From positions 174,344,001-174,408,000 of the forward strand of contig NC_091474.1 in NCBI RefSeq assembly GCF_036971445.1: 64,000 nt of DNA, in the 5' to 3' direction. This DNA comes from Narcine bancroftii (lineage: Eukaryota). Each line of letters begins with the position of its first letter. The first letter of the stretch is position 1. A program made the position numbers and the translations under genes. Positions 63,171 through 64,000 of this stretch are shown here, piece after piece. Under the pieces are notes generated by a model, which was not told where the DNA came from, searched no databases, and worked only from the letters and a program-made list of their open reading frames with translations.

Positions 63171-64000
63171 GAGAAAGTACTAAAATCATGTGATATTTTG
63201 ATACGGAGGACAGTCAGAATCTTTTTCACTCTCCTAAAGTGTTAAACACTGGAGGACAAGTGCTTAAAGTGAGGGGGAGGGAGATGTAAAGGGCTGATAT
63301 TTTATAGAGTTGAAAGTGCCTGGAATGTACTGTCTGTAGTGGTGGTGGAAGCAGATACAATAGTAATACAATCGTAAGATGCTTCTTAATAGACACATGA
63401 ATATGAAGGAGATGTAGGGATATCTGTCAAGCGTAAGCAGCAGAGTGTTCGTTTGATTTGGACATCATGTTCAGCACAGATACAGGATGTAAGCTGAAGG
63501 GCTTATAACTGTACTGTAGAGTTCTATGTCCCACATAAATGTCATTCATTCATACTAACTTTGTTGGTTGTACCTCTGATGCAAAAATTATATTTGTTTT
63601 ATTCATTTTAGGTTAATAAAAGGATTTAACTCAAGCAGCAGGACATTAAGGGAATGTGTGTTTTTTATTCCCTGCCTTTAAGTACCTCAATCTATTCTTA
63701 AATAGAATTGTGTGGTTAGTCAGGGCAATAGGCTCTTTGGAGCCCTGTCAGCCAGGAGGGGCATTCCTCAGGCATCCCTTCATTCCATACATGGTATTAT
63801 CTGCTTTACATTCACTACTTTGTAAGAGTTGTTTTATAGAGTTGGTTATAGTTGTGAGGGATTTTAACTTTCCCAAATGTGATTCCCTTAGCTCAAGGGG
63901 CTTAATTGGGCAGAATTTGTTAAGTACATCCAGATAAAGGTTTTGAAGAAACATGCACCTAGTCTTGACAATGATAGGGCAGTACACAACCTGATGAAAT

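Larger units (their letters stand above)
60950..63530 (+). mobile_element. Old CR1 ORF2, split by Penelope (61734-62208) and Rex1-like (62582-63170) insertions
   Basis: GEVPEDWREANVVPLF, NQHGFLKG, KFADDTKI, RPHLEY, QKRFNRML and a CR1 tail near 63520, in colinear order. Confidence 0.8.

Noticed and set aside
63656-63937. ORF containing FIPY, faintly like the COL10A1 N-terminal exon
   Set aside because: No signal peptide, splice sites or Gly-X-Y repeats; its 3' part is CR1 debris (VRDFNFP).
1-64000. Prokaryotic systems (CRISPR arrays, operons, defence islands), rRNA or tRNA genes
   Set aside because: The sequence is intron-containing vertebrate DNA. I saw no regularly spaced repeat-spacer array and no intact structural RNA gene.

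Overview
Eukaryotic, repeat-rich vertebrate DNA. The mix of CR1, Rex1, L1, RTE, Penelope and V-SINE repeats suggests a cartilaginous fish, probably a ray or skate; this taxon call is inference. The only host gene is NT5DC1 on the minus strand. Its last four coding exons (57114-57232, 36885-37049, 34071-34239, 11272-11393) have canonical AG/GT sites and compatible phases, and are separated by introns of about 20, 2.6 and 22.7 kb. Almost every other long ORF is a transposon remnant. The most notable items are: a decayed ERV-L-like (class III) endogenous retrovirus with one LTR in the last intron; Penelope terminal repeats carrying a minimal hammerhead-ribozyme motif; a full-length 6.06 kb L1 with a 16-bp target-site duplication (TSD) and a YY1-type 5' motif; an internally deleted Gypsy element bracketed by a ~170-bp duplication; a 73-bp-arm palindrome inside a MITE; and a W-to-C change at a normally conserved NT5DC1 position. 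Family assignments come from recalled motif similarity, not database searches, and boundaries of old repeats are approximate.
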